In this document: positions 1 to 10,213 of the stretch, piece by piece
Position numbering within the stretch: position 1 is the stretch's first letter
Layout: each line of letters opens with the position of its first letter
NCBI GenBank assembly: GCA_044356745.1
Contig: JBIKVP010000001.1
Span: forward strand, 14,714-78,713
Length of the DNA: 64,000 nt
Reading direction: 5' to 3'
Source: Beijerinckiaceae bacterium
GTDB lineage: Bacteria; Pseudomonadota; Alphaproteobacteria; Rhizobiales; Beijerinckiaceae
Program-made: the position numbers and the translations under genes
The notes under the pieces: generated by a model
The model's database searches: none
Seen by the model: only the letters and a program-made list of their open reading frames with translations
Told to the model about the DNA's origin: nothing

Positions 1-110
1 TGTTGTGGGAAATGTCGCCTGATTTTGTTTAGCACTTCATTGACGTGAGCGTTAGGATATTGCTTTATAAGTGTATCCTGTTTTTGCGCTGATTGCGCGT
101 GAGATTTTGA

Positions 111-1385
111 GTGCGTATGCCTACACCGCGTGTCACGTCTGGTTCTAAGAGAACCTCTGTTAAGGGAAAAGCTGTGAAAGAGGCTTTGCCTGTCGCACAA
201 ACGCGAGATCAATCACCACGCGATAGCAGCCAATGGCTTCAAGAGGCGCATACACCCTCAAGCAGTGTTGCGCGGTTTGATCTAGAGCGTCCTCTTGTGA
301 TGGATTGCGGCATACACCTTGCCCCTTGGCAAATCGCCTTCCAAACGTATGGCACGCTTAATGCGACACGCAGCAATGCTGTGTTGATATGCCATGCTCT
401 CACAGGGGATCAGCATGTGGCGAACACCCATCCCGTCACGGGAAAAGCGGGCTGGTGGACGACGATGGTTGGCTCAGGGCGACCGATTGACACTGATAAA
501 TATTTTGTAATCTGCGCTAATGTTATCGGCGGATGTTTAGGCACGACAGGTCCCGCATCCATTAATCCCGCCACAGATCAGGTATATGGCCTTGATTTTC
601 CTGTCGTGACTATTCGCGATATGGTCAAGGCGCAAGCGGCACTGCTCGATCATCTCGGCATTGAGACGTTATTTTGTGTCGCGGGCGGCTCGATGGGCGG
701 GATGCAGGTGTTGCAATGGGCGGCGCTTTACCCAAACCGTGTTTTTAGCGCGATGCCGATTGCCACGGCCGCTAAACACTCCGCGCAAAATATCGCCTTT
801 CACGAGGTGGGGCGACAAGCCGTGATGGCTGATCCCGAATGGGATAGTGGTCGCTATGCCTTGCTCGGCAAGCGTCCTTTAAAAGGACTGGCTGTTGCTC
901 GCATGGGAGCGCATATCACTTATATGTCAGAAGCTGCTCTGCACACCAAATTTGGTCGCCAGCTTCAGAATCGCGATGCACCGACATTTTCTTTTGATGC
1001 TGATTTTCAAATTGAGAGCTACTTGCGTCATCAAGGCATGACGTTTGTGGAGCGTTTTGATGCAAACTCATATCTTTATGTGACACGCGCGATGGATTAT
1101 TTTGATCTAGCCGCTGAATATGACGGCGTGTTAGCGAATGCTTTTCGTGGCACGAAAACGCGCTTTTGTGTCGTGTCATTCACATCCGATTGGTTGTTTC
1201 CGACCTCTGACTCGCGAGCGATTGTTCATGCGCTCAATGCGGTGGCAGCCTCTGTCAGTTTCGTTGAGATTGATACCGATAAAGGCCATGATGCCTTTTT
1301 ACTCGATGAACCTGAACTCTTCACCACCACACGCGGCTTTTTGAAAGCCGCCGGCAAGGCAAGGGGGCTAGAGGGACATGACTAG
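111..1385 (+). CDS. metX: homoserine O-acetyltransferase (MetX)
   Basis: 424-aa ORF. Alpha/beta-hydrolase with a GGSMGG nucleophile elbow and a MetX-type N-terminal core ([12 protein letters not shown]...ICHALTGD). Its stop overlaps the metW start. The first ~55 aa are basic and low-complexity, so the start is uncertain (in-frame ATG 117, GTG 174). Confidence 0.9.
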   Translation: MRMPTPRVTSGSKRTSVKGKAVKEALPVAQTRDQSPRDSSQWLQEAHTPSSSVARFDLERPLVMDCGIHLAPWQIAFQTYGTLNATRSNAVLICHALTGDQHVANTHPVTGKAGWWTTMVGSGRPIDTDKYFVICANVIGGCLGTTGPASINPATDQVYGLDFPVVTIRDMVKAQAALLDHLGIETLFCVAGGSMGGMQVLQWAALYPNRVFSAMPIATAAKHSAQNIAFHEVGRQAVMADPEWDSGRYALLGKRPLKGLAVARMGAHITYMSEAALHTKFGRQLQNRDAPTFSFDADFQIESYLRHQGMTFVERFDANSYLYVTRAMDYFDLAAEYDGVLANAFRGTKTRFCVVSFTSDWLFPTSDSRAIVHALNAVAASVSFVEIDTDKGHDAFLLDEPELFTTTRGFLKAAGKARGLEGHD

Positions 1386-2037
1386 CCTTATCAATCCATC
1401 GCTCGATCCTACATTTTCACCCTCGCGTATTGATTTATTGCTGATTGAAAATATGGTCGAGCAAGGATCACGGGTTCTTGATGTGGGGTGTGGGGACGGC
1501 ACGCTTTTAAAACGTCTTGCTGATCATCGCGGTGTTGATGCACGCGGCATTGAGCTCTCGCGTGAAGGGGTTAATCTGTGTGTGGCCAAAGGTTTATCCG
1601 TTATACAAGGGGATGCAGATACCGATTTATCCGAGTACCCTGATGATGTCTTTGATTATGTCATTCTCTCGCAAACGCTTCAGGCTACGCGCAATCCACG
1701 ACGTGTGATGGAGCATATGCTGCGCATTGGACGGCGGGCGATTATCTCACTCCCTAACTTTGGTTATTGGCGGATGCGGGCGCAGCTGGTGTTTAAAGGC
1801 CGGATGCCTGTCACCTCTCACCTGCCCTATACGTGGTATGACACGCCCAACATTCATTTTTGTACAATCCGCGATTTTGTGAGCTTGTGCGATGAAGTGG
1901 GCGCTAAAATTGAACGCGCTCAAGCGCTTGATGCACGGGGTCAGCGCGTTGCCGTCACCATGCCGTGGTGGTTCTGGAATATGTTTGGCGAACAAGCCGT
2001 ATTTTTGTTGCGGCGTAACACAAGTGCGGGGTCATAA
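1378..2037 (+). CDS. metW: methionine biosynthesis protein MetW (SAM-methyltransferase fold)
   Basis: 219-aa ORF with a VLDVGCGDG motif. The 8-nt overlap with the metX stop gives the canonical metXW arrangement. Confidence 0.9.
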   Translation: MTSLINPSLDPTFSPSRIDLLLIENMVEQGSRVLDVGCGDGTLLKRLADHRGVDARGIELSREGVNLCVAKGLSVIQGDADTDLSEYPDDVFDYVILSQTLQATRNPRRVMEHMLRIGRRAIISLPNFGYWRMRAQLVFKGRMPVTSHLPYTWYDTPNIHFCTIRDFVSLCDEVGAKIERAQALDARGQRVAVTMPWWFWNMFGEQAVFLLRRNTSAGS

Positions 2038-2038
2038 C

Positions 2039-2320
2039 GTGATCAATGAATCGCCTCGGCCAGAAACACCCGATGACATCCTCAAGCGTGTTCATCGTGA
2101 CAGTGAGACGCTTGGTTCTTCATCCATGGCACGCGTTGCGGGTGAGAATAAAAAAAGTGTTGGTACGCGCCTTCAAGACCATTTTTCAGGACAAGATGCT
2201 TACGAGGAAGGCTTAGGGCATGATCCCGCCGAAGTGTGGGGTCGGCGAATTGGTCGTGCGCTGTCTCTGATTGGTGTGATTGTGCTCGCATATTTGCTTT
2301 ATGTGCAAATGAAGCTGTGA
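2039..2320 (+). CDS. hypothetical small tail-anchored membrane protein
   Basis: ORF 1892..2320 overlaps metW, so only the part after the metW stop is plausible (in-frame GTG 2039). C-terminal hydrophobic helix ALSLIGVIVLAYLLYV. No family recognised. Confidence 0.35.
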   Translation: MINESPRPETPDDILKRVHRDSETLGSSSMARVAGENKKSVGTRLQDHFSGQDAYEEGLGHDPAEVWGRRIGRALSLIGVIVLAYLLYVQMKL

Positions 2321-2833
2321 ATTACGCGCAACGCATCACCCTTGATCGCTTTACTATTTTCACACACGTTTTATGCGCATCGTAGCGCAAAAGTGGGGAT
2401 ACAGATATGCTCACCGGTATCGGATTCACATCCTCCCCTTCGTATCTTTTTAATGACGGACGTTGATTTGCTTTCTTGCCTCTATTTTCCCGCTTATTTC
2501 TCTCCTTTTTTCCTTTCACAAGTCTCTGGAAGAGCGCTTGATGATCCTTTTGCTATGAGATCATCTCACGTCCTCCAGAGCTTTGCGAAGAGATTTTGTA
2601 GTGTAATGTCTCGCCGCGGCTTTGGTGTTACTCTTCTTTTTTGTGTCTACACATGCTGTTACGTAACATGCATTGTCAGCATTTTTCCCCGTCCCTTTTT
2701 TAAGGGGTCACCATCAATGCGTTGTCAGTGCATTCATGACGAAGGGCGACATGGCCATGTCACGATTAGAATAACAGTGCCTGAAAGAGCGGGGATAACT
2801 TTTTTTAGAGGGGAATGACAGCTAAAGGTTCAA

Positions 2834-2873
2834 GCACATAAAACACGACGTTTTATGTGCCTCATTATTTTTT
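2834..2873 (+). terminator. rho-independent terminator-like hairpin
   Basis: 11-bp perfect stem gcacataaaac/gttttatgtgc with loop acgac, followed by ctcattatttttt. It lies at the end of the 566-bp non-coding tract and abuts the stop of the minus-strand thiolase-like gene, so it may act in both directions. Confidence 0.6.
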
Positions 2874-2886
2874 CAGCTCTATGATT

Positions 2887-4017
2887 TTAAGCACTTCTCA
2901 TAATAATCGCACTCCCGAGACCACCCGCGGCTGGAATACTAGCAAGCCCTTGTCCACTGCCACGCTCAATCAAATCGTGCCATAAACGCACCATAAGAAT
3001 TGCACCCGACGCACCGATAGGATGCCCGCGCGCAAGCGCCCCCCCTTTGCGATTGATGCGGTTTATATCAAGGCCTAACGCTTCAATGCAAACAAGTGCC
3101 TGCACTGCAAATGCTTCCATCAATTCAATGAGATGAATATCATTGAGTGCCACACCTGTTTTCGCGAGAAGTTTATGGATGGCCGTGATGGGTGCAAGTG
3201 CAGGCTGAGTGGGATCACACCCCACCTGAACGCCCGCCACCACTTCACAATGAAAACCATCCCACCCCATACGGATCAGTTGACGCTCTGACACAAGCAA
3301 TAAAACCGCCGCGGCATCTGCTTCAACGGCAATTGTCGCTGCAGTCAATGCATGATCCCCTTCCCCCGCAATAGGTTGCAAACGCGAACACAAAGAGGGG
3401 TTGAGAGGCCGTGAAAAAGCATCGCGTTGAATGTGATCAAGGATCACAATTTCATCGGTTGAAAAGTGTGCGGCACATGCTTTGTCATGGCTTTGAGCGG
3501 CATAAGCGTCTTGCTGAACACGCGTAACGTGAGAGTGATGCGCTAAAGCGGCGGCGGCTTTGAGCATATCAGGATCACGCTCCGCCCACGGTGTGAAGGG
3601 CGGACGCAAATATTCAACAGGTGTATCATACGGGAATTTAGGCCGCGAAAATCGCAAAGGAGAACGCGAATAACTTTCAACTCCCCCAGCGACAATCACA
3701 TCTGCATCTCCGGCGCGTATGCGACTGGCAGCGAGTATAACCGCGTCCAGCCCCGCACAACACTGTGTATCAATCGTGAGAGCTGGAATTGACTCAGGCC
3801 AATCTGCACATAATGCTGCCATGCGTGCAGGATTGCCGCCGCCATAGAGCGCATTTCCCATGATCACCATATCAATATCTGAGGGCGATAATCCGCTTTG
3901 AGATATGAGGGCACGAAAGCACGGCGCAGCTAGTTCAAAGGTTTCACACCGTGCAAAAGCGCCATGACGCGGCACAACAGCGGTACGTGTTGCCGCAATG
4001 ATAAAAACGCGGCTCAT
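2887..4017 (-). CDS. thiolase-family protein with atypical catalytic residues
   Basis: ORF 2887..4044. Start placed at ATG 4017 (MSRVFIIAATRTAV), which forms an ATGA overlap with the upstream methyltransferase stop. Thiolase motifs are present: acyl-Cys region TQCCAGLDA and GHPIGASG. NEAF reads MEAF, and the C-terminal CxGGG reads PAAGG. Confidence 0.8.
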   Translation of the reverse strand: MSRVFIIAATRTAVVPRHGAFARCETFELAAPCFRALISQSGLSPSDIDMVIMGNALYGGGNPARMAALCADWPESIPALTIDTQCCAGLDAVILAASRIRAGDADVIVAGGVESYSRSPLRFSRPKFPYDTPVEYLRPPFTPWAERDPDMLKAAAALAHHSHVTRVQQDAYAAQSHDKACAAHFSTDEIVILDHIQRDAFSRPLNPSLCSRLQPIAGEGDHALTAATIAVEADAAAVLLLVSERQLIRMGWDGFHCEVVAGVQVGCDPTQPALAPITAIHKLLAKTGVALNDIHLIELMEAFAVQALVCIEALGLDINRINRKGGALARGHPIGASGAILMVRLWHDLIERGSGQGLASIPAAGGLGSAIIMRSA

Positions 4018-4661
4018 GAACGCTTTCGCGCAACCACCAGCCATTGCTTGGCGGTGATTTCATCGGATGCTTCAAAGGTGAGCTTTTTGAGCAAGTAGCG
4101 CACATCGGGAAAACGCCATTGCTGCACCGATTGCGCCTTGATCAACTCAAGCCCGCCACAAGTCGCGAGTTCAACCGCTGTCTCGCGAACAAAAAAGCGC
4201 AAATGCGTGCGATCGAGCAAACCAAAATCACGATAATGAAAATCACCTTGAAACAACAAGCGCATGATAAATTTGAAATTACGAATATTGGGAACAGACA
4301 AAATCAGGCGTCCTCCTGGCGCAATAAGAGCACTCACCCGCTTAATCAGCGCCCACGGATCAACCATGTGCTCAAGCACATCAAGGCAGAGCACCAGATC
4401 AAGGGAAACGGGAGCAATATCTGCTTCAAGCGGTGCAAGCGCAGCGTCACCCCGCCAAAGCTGATCAAAATGCGGCATCGCTTGATCCGCAACAGGATCA
4501 ACATATTCGATCCCGCCAGCCCACGTCACATTGTGATGTGCTTTCACCAGTGCGGTGGTTGCACCTGTCCCGCAACCAATATCAAGCAACCGGCTGACCT
4601 GTTGAGGAAGCCAAGGCAAAATTTCCGTGCGAGCAGTGGTGTAGTAGGTTGAATCCATCAC
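4014..4661 (-). CDS. class I SAM-dependent methyltransferase
   Basis: 215-aa ORF with motif I LLDIGCGTG and an acidic LDVLEH motif. Translationally coupled to the downstream thiolase-like gene. Confidence 0.8.
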   Translation of the reverse strand: MMDSTYYTTARTEILPWLPQQVSRLLDIGCGTGATTALVKAHHNVTWAGGIEYVDPVADQAMPHFDQLWRGDAALAPLEADIAPVSLDLVLCLDVLEHMVDPWALIKRVSALIAPGGRLILSVPNIRNFKFIMRLLFQGDFHYRDFGLLDRTHLRFFVRETAVELATCGGLELIKAQSVQQWRFPDVRYLLKKLTFEASDEITAKQWLVVARKRS

Positions 4662-4845
4662 GGGGCTATAGCGTTCAAGTGCACTTTTGACCAGTCTTGT
4701 TTATCATGTCGCAAAGGACTGGTCATTTTATAAAAAAACGGTATAAGTCGACATGTATATTGCTTTAAACAAGATACATTGACCGTGCTCGACGACATCT
4801 GGGCACGGCCAAAATACGTCAATCCCTCACTGAAAGGATCATCCG

Positions 4846-5115
4846 ATGTCGATTACTGCTGAGCGCAAAAGCGTTTTAATTAAAGAATATGCCACAAAGC
4901 CTGAAGATACAGGCTCACCTGAAGTGCAGGTTGCCGTGCTCACTGAGCGCATCAACAACCTGACAGCGCACTTTAAAGAGCATAAAAAAGATAACCACTC
5001 CCGTCGCGGATTGTTGAAAATGGTGTCGCAGCGTCGCGCCCTTCTTGACTACGTGAAGGGTAAAGAAGAAGCCCGCTATAAGACTCTCATTGAGCGTCTG
5101 GGCATCCGTCGTTAA
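4846..5115 (+). CDS. rpsO: 30S ribosomal protein S15
   Basis: 89-aa ORF with typical S15 sequence ([35 protein letters not shown]). Sits upstream of pnp, as in most bacteria. Confidence 0.97.
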   Translation: MSITAERKSVLIKEYATKPEDTGSPEVQVAVLTERINNLTAHFKEHKKDNHSRRGLLKMVSQRRALLDYVKGKEEARYKTLIERLGIRR

Positions 5116-5120
5116 AAAGG

Positions 5121-5150
5121 TGCGCTTTACGAGATGTAAAGCGCATTTTA
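5121..5150 (+). terminator. rpsO terminator/attenuator hairpin
   Basis: Stem tgcgctttac/gtaaagcgca with loop gagat, followed by tttta, 6 nt after the rpsO stop. Confidence 0.7.
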
Positions 5151-5158
5151 TCATGATT

Positions 5159-5311
5159 CACATGCTCTTATAAGGGCATGTGTGCATCGTCCCATGCGGG
5201 GACAGGATCGTTGGATTTTTGCTTATTTGAAAAAATCTTGCCGTCTTGTCCGTCGTGGGTGTTTTGAGCAAAATCACCATCCAAAATGACTATCTATGCA
5301 AAATGATAGTC
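5159..5311 (+). promoter_or_regulatory. structured pnp 5' leader (two hairpins)
   Basis: Two 7-bp stems: cacatgc/gcatgtg (5159-5183) and gactatc/gatagtc (5288-5311). The second ends just before the pnp start region. By analogy with the E. coli pnp leader, which is processed by RNase III, this may be autoregulatory. Confidence 0.3.
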
Positions 5312-5327
5312 TATGAAAGAGACAAGA

Positions 5328-7457
5328 ATGTTTAATATCCACCGTGAAGAACTGATCTGGGGCGGGCAAAAGCTCGTTCTTGAAACAGGTAAAATTGCCC
5401 GTCAAGCTGATGGTGCCGTGCTCGCCTCTTATGGCGAAACCGTTGTGCTCGCGACTGTTGTATCCGAAAAAACTGCAAAACCTGGCATCGACTTTTTTCC
5501 TTTAACTGTGAACTATCAAGAAAAATATTTTGCGGCTGGTCGTATCCCAGGGGGATACATCAAACGCGAAGGTCGTCCGTCCGAGCGTGAAACGCTGATC
5601 TGTCGCCTGATCGATCGTCCGATTCGTCCCCTGTTCGTTGAAGGGTATCGCAATGAGACGCAGATCATTGTAACGGTTCTTCAGCACGATTTAGAGAATG
5701 ATCCTGACATTCTCTCTCTGGTTGCAACCTCTGCGGCACTGACCCTTTCAGGCGTGCCATTTATGGGACCCGTGGGCGCAGCGAAAGTTGCTTACGTCAA
5801 CGGTCAATATAAACTCAATCCAACAATTGCCGAGATGGAAGAATCTAATCTTGATCTGATTGTTGCAGGAACAACTGACGCAGTATTGATGGTTGAGTCA
5901 GAAGCAAAAGAGCTTTCTGAAGAGATCATGCTTGGTGCTGTGATGTTTGGCCACAAACACTTTCAACCAGTCATTGAAGCCATTGTGCGTTTGGCTGAAA
6001 AAGCCGCAAAAGAGCCACGCGATTTCTCTCCACCAGATCATTCTGCGGTAGAAAAAGCAGTGCTGAAAATCGTCGAAAAAGATCTGCGTAAAGCTTACGC
6101 TATCACCGAAAAGCAGCTTCGTTATGCTGCAGTTGATGCGGCAAAAGAAAAAATGTTTGCAGCACTCGCTCCTGAAGGCGAAGAGGCAAAATTTGAGCCT
6201 GAAGTTCTCAAAACAGTCTTTAAAGATGTTCAGGCGAAAATCGTGCGTTGGAATATCCTTGATGACGGCAAGCGTATTGATGGCCGTGATGTTAAAACGG
6301 TACGTCAAATTGTTTCTGAAGTGGGCTTACTGCCACGCACGCACGGCTCAGCTTTATTTACACGTGGTGAAACACAGGCGCTCGTTGTTGCCACATTAGG
6401 CACAGGCGAAGATGAACTGAAAGTTGATGGTCTTGATGGTCTTCATCTTGAGCGCTTCATGCTTCATTATAACTTCCCGCCTTTCTCTGTTGGTGAAACG
6501 GGACGTGTGGGCTCTCCAGGTCGTCGTGAAATTGGTCACGGCAAGCTTGCATGGCGTGCGCTTAAACCCATGCTGCCAGCGCCTCATGAATTCCCTTACA
6601 CCTTGCGTGTGGTCTCTGAGATTACGGAGTCAAACGGTTCATCATCCATGGCGACCGTATGCGGTACATCGCTTGCGTTGATGGATGCGGGCGTGCCACT
6701 GCGTCGTCCTGTTGCCGGTATTGCAATGGGTCTTATTCTGGAAGACAAGCGCTTTGCAGTACTCTCCGATATCTTAGGTGATGAAGATCACTTAGGCGAT
6801 ATGGATTTTAAAGTTGCAGGAACAAGCGAAGGCATTACCTCGCTTCAAATGGACATTAAAATCGCTGGTATCACTGAAGAGATCATGAAAGTGGCACTTT
6901 CTCAGGCAAAAGATGGCCGTATTCACATCTTGGATGAAATGAGCAAAGCACTCTCAACAGCGCGTGATGAGTTGGGTGAGTTTGCACCCCGCATTGAAGT
7001 GATGAACATTCCCACCGATAAAATTCGTGAAGTGATTGGCACGGGCGGAAAAGTTATCCGCGAAATCGTTGAGAAAACAGGCGCGAAAGTCGACATCAGC
7101 GATGATGGTACAATCAAAATCGCTTCTGCCGATCAAAAAGCGATTAAAGCCGCTTACAACTGGATCCGTGGCATTGTTGCGGAAGCTGAAGTGGGTCACA
7201 TTTATGATGGCACTGTCGTAAAAACCGCTGAATTTGGCGCCTTCGTCAATTTCTTTGGTTCAAAAGATGGTCTGGTTCACATTTCGCAGCTCTCTGATCA
7301 ACGCGTTCAGAAAGTGACGGATGTGGTCAAAGAAGGCCAGAAAGTGAAAGTCAAATTACTTGGTTTTGATGATCGCGGCAAAATTCGCCTTTCCATGAAA
7401 GTTGTCGATCAGGAAACAGGCGAAGATCTTGAAGCCAAGTCTGAGAATGCAGCTTGA
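5328..7457 (+). CDS. pnp: polyribonucleotide nucleotidyltransferase (PNPase)
   Basis: ORF 5313..7457. Start set at ATG 5328, giving the canonical MFNIHRE N-terminus. Two RNase PH domains, a KH domain and an S1 domain ([22 protein letters not shown]). Confidence 0.97.
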   Translation: MFNIHREELIWGGQKLVLETGKIARQADGAVLASYGETVVLATVVSEKTAKPGIDFFPLTVNYQEKYFAAGRIPGGYIKREGRPSERETLICRLIDRPIRPLFVEGYRNETQIIVTVLQHDLENDPDILSLVATSAALTLSGVPFMGPVGAAKVAYVNGQYKLNPTIAEMEESNLDLIVAGTTDAVLMVESEAKELSEEIMLGAVMFGHKHFQPVIEAIVRLAEKAAKEPRDFSPPDHSAVEKAVLKIVEKDLRKAYAITEKQLRYAAVDAAKEKMFAALAPEGEEAKFEPEVLKTVFKDVQAKIVRWNILDDGKRIDGRDVKTVRQIVSEVGLLPRTHGSALFTRGETQALVVATLGTGEDELKVDGLDGLHLERFMLHYNFPPFSVGETGRVGSPGRREIGHGKLAWRALKPMLPAPHEFPYTLRVVSEITESNGSSSMATVCGTSLALMDAGVPLRRPVAGIAMGLILEDKRFAVLSDILGDEDHLGDMDFKVAGTSEGITSLQMDIKIAGITEEIMKVALSQAKDGRIHILDEMSKALSTARDELGEFAPRIEVMNIPTDKIREVIGTGGKVIREIVEKTGAKVDISDDGTIKIASADQKAIKAAYNWIRGIVAEAEVGHIYDGTVVKTAEFGAFVNFFGSKDGLVHISQLSDQRVQKVTDVVKEGQKVKVKLLGFDDRGKIRLSMKVVDQETGEDLEAKSENAA

Positions 7458-7465
7458 TTTTTTGG

Positions 7466-7591
7466 ATATGAACCTCAGCCGTTGTGCCCGCACGTGTTGC
7501 GGGCATTCACGTCTTTAGAACCACTGAGTATTTGGAATAGATAAATTCATGGATACGCGGGTTAAGCCCGCGCATCACAGTTGAGGTTCAT
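7466..7591. repeat. composite palindromic REP/MITE-like element (family 1)
   Basis: Outer inverted repeat atgaacctca (7467-7476) / tgaggttcat (7582-7591). It encloses two hairpin modules in opposite orientation: 7479-7513 (stem tgcccgc/gcgggca) and 7550-7578 (tggatacgcgggttaagcccgcgcatcac). The first module probably also serves as the pnp terminator. Confidence 0.75.
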
Positions 7592-7651
7592 GAACATGTG
7601 CCTCAACGTTACGATGTCATTAGGGTGCACCCTCAACACAAGAAATCTATC

Positions 7652-8551
7652 ATGCCCCCACGTAAAGGCATAATTCTCGCAGGTGGATCAGGGACGCGGT
7701 TGCATCCCGTGACCCATGTTGTCTCGAAACAACTGCTTCCCATTTATGATAAACCAATGATCTATTATCCTCTGTCAACGCTAATGTTGGCAGGGATACG
7801 CGACATTTTAATCATATCAACACCGCGTGATTTGCCCCTCTTTGAAGCGTTGTTTGGGGATGGATCAAGCCTTGGCTTAAACCTGCATTACGCTGTGCAA
7901 GATAAACCTGAGGGCATTGCGCAAGCCTTTCATATTGGCCGCGATTTTATTGGTGATGCATCTGTTGCACTTGTTCTCGGCGATAATATCTTTTATGGGC
8001 ATGGCCTTTCAAAATTGGTGCAAAATGCTGCACAAAAGACGCAAGGCGCAACCATATTCGCTTATAATGTGGCCAATCCTGAGGCGTTTGGTGTGATTGC
8101 TTTTGATGAACATGGCAATCCAAAGTCAATTATCGAAAAACCGAAAAATCCCCCTTCACCATGGGCGGTAACTGGCCTTTATTTTTATGATAATTCTGTC
8201 GTGGAAAAAGCAGATCGTCTTAAACCCTCCCCACGGGGTGAGCTTGAAATCACAGACATCAATCAGATGTACCTTGATGAAGGCACGCTTAACGTTGAGA
8301 AATTTAGCCGTGGTTATGCATGGCTTGATACAGGCACGCATGATTCGCTGATTCAAGCTGCTGAATTTGTGCGCACCGTCCAAGAGCGCCAAGGCTTAAG
8401 CATTGGCTGCTTGGAAGAAATTGCTTGGCGTATGAATTTTATCACACTTGAAACACTCAGTAGTCTTGCTCAAAATTTTGGAAAATCAAGTTACGGCGTT
8501 TATTTAAAGCGATTAGTTGATCAAGCGCAACGTGGACACGATGAGAACTGA
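7652..8551 (+). CDS. rfbA: glucose-1-phosphate thymidylyltransferase
   Basis: ORF 7598..8551. Start set at ATG 7652 ([21 protein letters not shown]). Typical RmlA sequence throughout. Confidence 0.93.
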   Translation: MPPRKGIILAGGSGTRLHPVTHVVSKQLLPIYDKPMIYYPLSTLMLAGIRDILIISTPRDLPLFEALFGDGSSLGLNLHYAVQDKPEGIAQAFHIGRDFIGDASVALVLGDNIFYGHGLSKLVQNAAQKTQGATIFAYNVANPEAFGVIAFDEHGNPKSIIEKPKNPPSPWAVTGLYFYDNSVVEKADRLKPSPRGELEITDINQMYLDEGTLNVEKFSRGYAWLDTGTHDSLIQAAEFVRTVQERQGLSIGCLEEIAWRMNFITLETLSSLAQNFGKSSYGVYLKRLVDQAQRGHDEN

Positions 8552-8650
8552 GCTTTAATAGGCGCCCAATCAGGCCATAAGTTTATTGTGACAAGACGTT
8601 GTCCGTGTTAGCAAAAATACTTAAAATCCGTTTTGTGAAAGTTTGCAGTT

Positions 8651-9703
8651 ATGACCTCTGCCTCTGCTTTAGTGTCTCACTCATCAGCCATTCCCTTTGA
8701 GGATATCCGCAACCTACTAACCGTTATGCCCGATGCAGATGATGAGGCGGTTGAGGTGGTACGCGCACGGGATCGTCAGCTGACAAAACCAGAGGGATCA
8801 CTCGGGCGTTTAGAGACAGTTGTTGAGTGGCTCGCAGCATGGCAAGGCAAAGGTGAGCCCACACTAAACCGCCCTTTGGTTGCAGTGTTTGCCGCAAGTC
8901 ATGGTGTAACGAAGCATAATGTGTCAGCTTATCCCGCAGAAGTGACACGTCAAATGCGCGATAATTTCGCGGCAGGCGGCGCTGCAATTAATCAACTCAC
9001 AACAATGGCAGGTCTTGGTTTCAAAGTGTTTGATCTTGCCGTTGATGTCCCCACGGGCGATATCACCATTGAGGCGGCCCTTGATGAAAAATCATGTGTC
9101 GCAACAATGGCTTTTGGGATGGAAGCGTTGACAGGAGGCATTGACCTCTTAGTTTTGGGCGAAATGGGCATCGGCAACACAACGATTGCATCAGCCATTT
9201 ATGCTGCACTTTTTGGCGGAGAGGTCTCGCAATGGGTTGGGCGCGGCACGGGTGTCGATGATGAGGGATTACAACGCAAAATCAGTGTGATTGAACAAGC
9301 GCTTCAAACACATCGCCATGCGCTGAACGATCCACTGGAAGTTCTACGCTGTTTAGGTGGGCGCGACATTGCCGCTATGGCAGGTGCTATTCTTGCCGCA
9401 CGTCTGCAACGCGTTCCTGTCATTCTTGATGGTTTTGTTGCTACCGCAGCCGCAGCCATTATTCATGCACTCAATCCGGGTTTATTGGATCATTGTATCG
9501 CTGGACACGTCTCCGCAGAGAGCGCTCATGCACAGGTACTAAGCCGCCTTGGTCTTAAACCGCTTCTTAATTTAGAGATGCGTTTGGGTGAAGGAACTGG
9601 GGCAGCACTGGCAGCTTATGTTGTCAAAGGTGCGCTTGCCTGTCATCAAGGTATGGCGACGTTTAAACAAGCGCAGGTTGCTCAATGCGTAACAAGCTCA
9701 TAG
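8651..9703 (+). CDS. cobT: nicotinate-nucleotide--dimethylbenzimidazole phosphoribosyltransferase
   Basis: 350-aa ORF with CobT hallmarks (LTKPEGSLGRLE, GEMGIGNTT). No other cob genes are adjacent. Confidence 0.9.
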   Translation: MTSASALVSHSSAIPFEDIRNLLTVMPDADDEAVEVVRARDRQLTKPEGSLGRLETVVEWLAAWQGKGEPTLNRPLVAVFAASHGVTKHNVSAYPAEVTRQMRDNFAAGGAAINQLTTMAGLGFKVFDLAVDVPTGDITIEAALDEKSCVATMAFGMEALTGGIDLLVLGEMGIGNTTIASAIYAALFGGEVSQWVGRGTGVDDEGLQRKISVIEQALQTHRHALNDPLEVLRCLGGRDIAAMAGAILAARLQRVPVILDGFVATAAAAIIHALNPGLLDHCIAGHVSAESAHAQVLSRLGLKPLLNLEMRLGEGTGAALAAYVVKGALACHQGMATFKQAQVAQCVTSS

Positions 9704-9709
9704 CTTTTT

Positions 9710-10213
9710 ATGATGACAGAGCTTCTCTTTTATCCAGATCCACGCCTGAGCTTAAAAGCAGAAACTATCACGCATTTTGATGACAATCTTGCATCAGCCG
9801 TTGGCAAGCTGCAACACATCATGAAGGATGCAAGGGCAGTTGGTTTAAGCGCGTGTCACATAGGTGATTTACGACGTTATATCGTGATTGATTTACCTGC
9901 GCCCTGCACCATCGCGATGCCACTTATCTGCATTAATCCAATCATCATCCGTGCATCAAAAGACACACAAAAACACATGGAAGGCAGCGTGAGTATGCCC
10001 GGTGTCACGGCTGAAGTTGAACGCGCCACGCACATCACGTTAACGTATAAAGACATGGTGGGAAATCATCACACCCTTGAAGCAGATGGCTTTTTAAGCG
10101 CCTGTATTCAACATGAAATTGATCAACTTGATGGGATATTCTGGCTACGGCGTTTATCACGTCTCAAGCGTGAGCTTTTGATCAAAAAATATGGCAAAAT
10201 GCACCACGCATGA
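9710..10213 (+). CDS. peptide deformylase-like protein, active-site degenerate
   Basis: 167-aa ORF that aligns with Def over its whole length, but all three motifs are altered: GLSACH for G(I/V)GLAA(P/T)Q, EGSVS for EGCLS, and QHEIDQL for QHExDHL. Its stop overlaps the uvrC start (ATGA). Confidence 0.8.
   Translation: MMTELLFYPDPRLSLKAETITHFDDNLASAVGKLQHIMKDARAVGLSACHIGDLRRYIVIDLPAPCTIAMPLICINPIIIRASKDTQKHMEGSVSMPGVTAEVERATHITLTYKDMVGNHHTLEADGFLSACIQHEIDQLDGIFWLRRLSRLKRELLIKKYGKMHHA

Noticed and set aside
1-300. Possible SAM-II (metA-type) riboswitch upstream of metX, as is common in Alphaproteobacteria
   Set aside because: I looked for the pseudoknot-forming conserved stretches and could not identify them convincingly by eye. 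The window also begins only 110 nt before the ORF. An Infernal scan with RF00521 on an extended upstream region would decide.
2342-2818. 158-aa plus-strand ORF filling the metW-thiolase gap
   Set aside because: It has a TTG start and no SD. Its translation is Cys/Phe/Ser-rich and nonsense-like, and it runs straight through a polypyrimidine tract and several hairpins. I treated the region as non-coding or structured (see findings) rather than as a protein gene.
4044-4652. 202-aa plus-strand ORF antisense to the methyltransferase
   Set aside because: It is the mirror ORF of a gene with clear SAM-MTase motifs. It has no motifs of its own and a lysine/arginine-rich junk-like composition.
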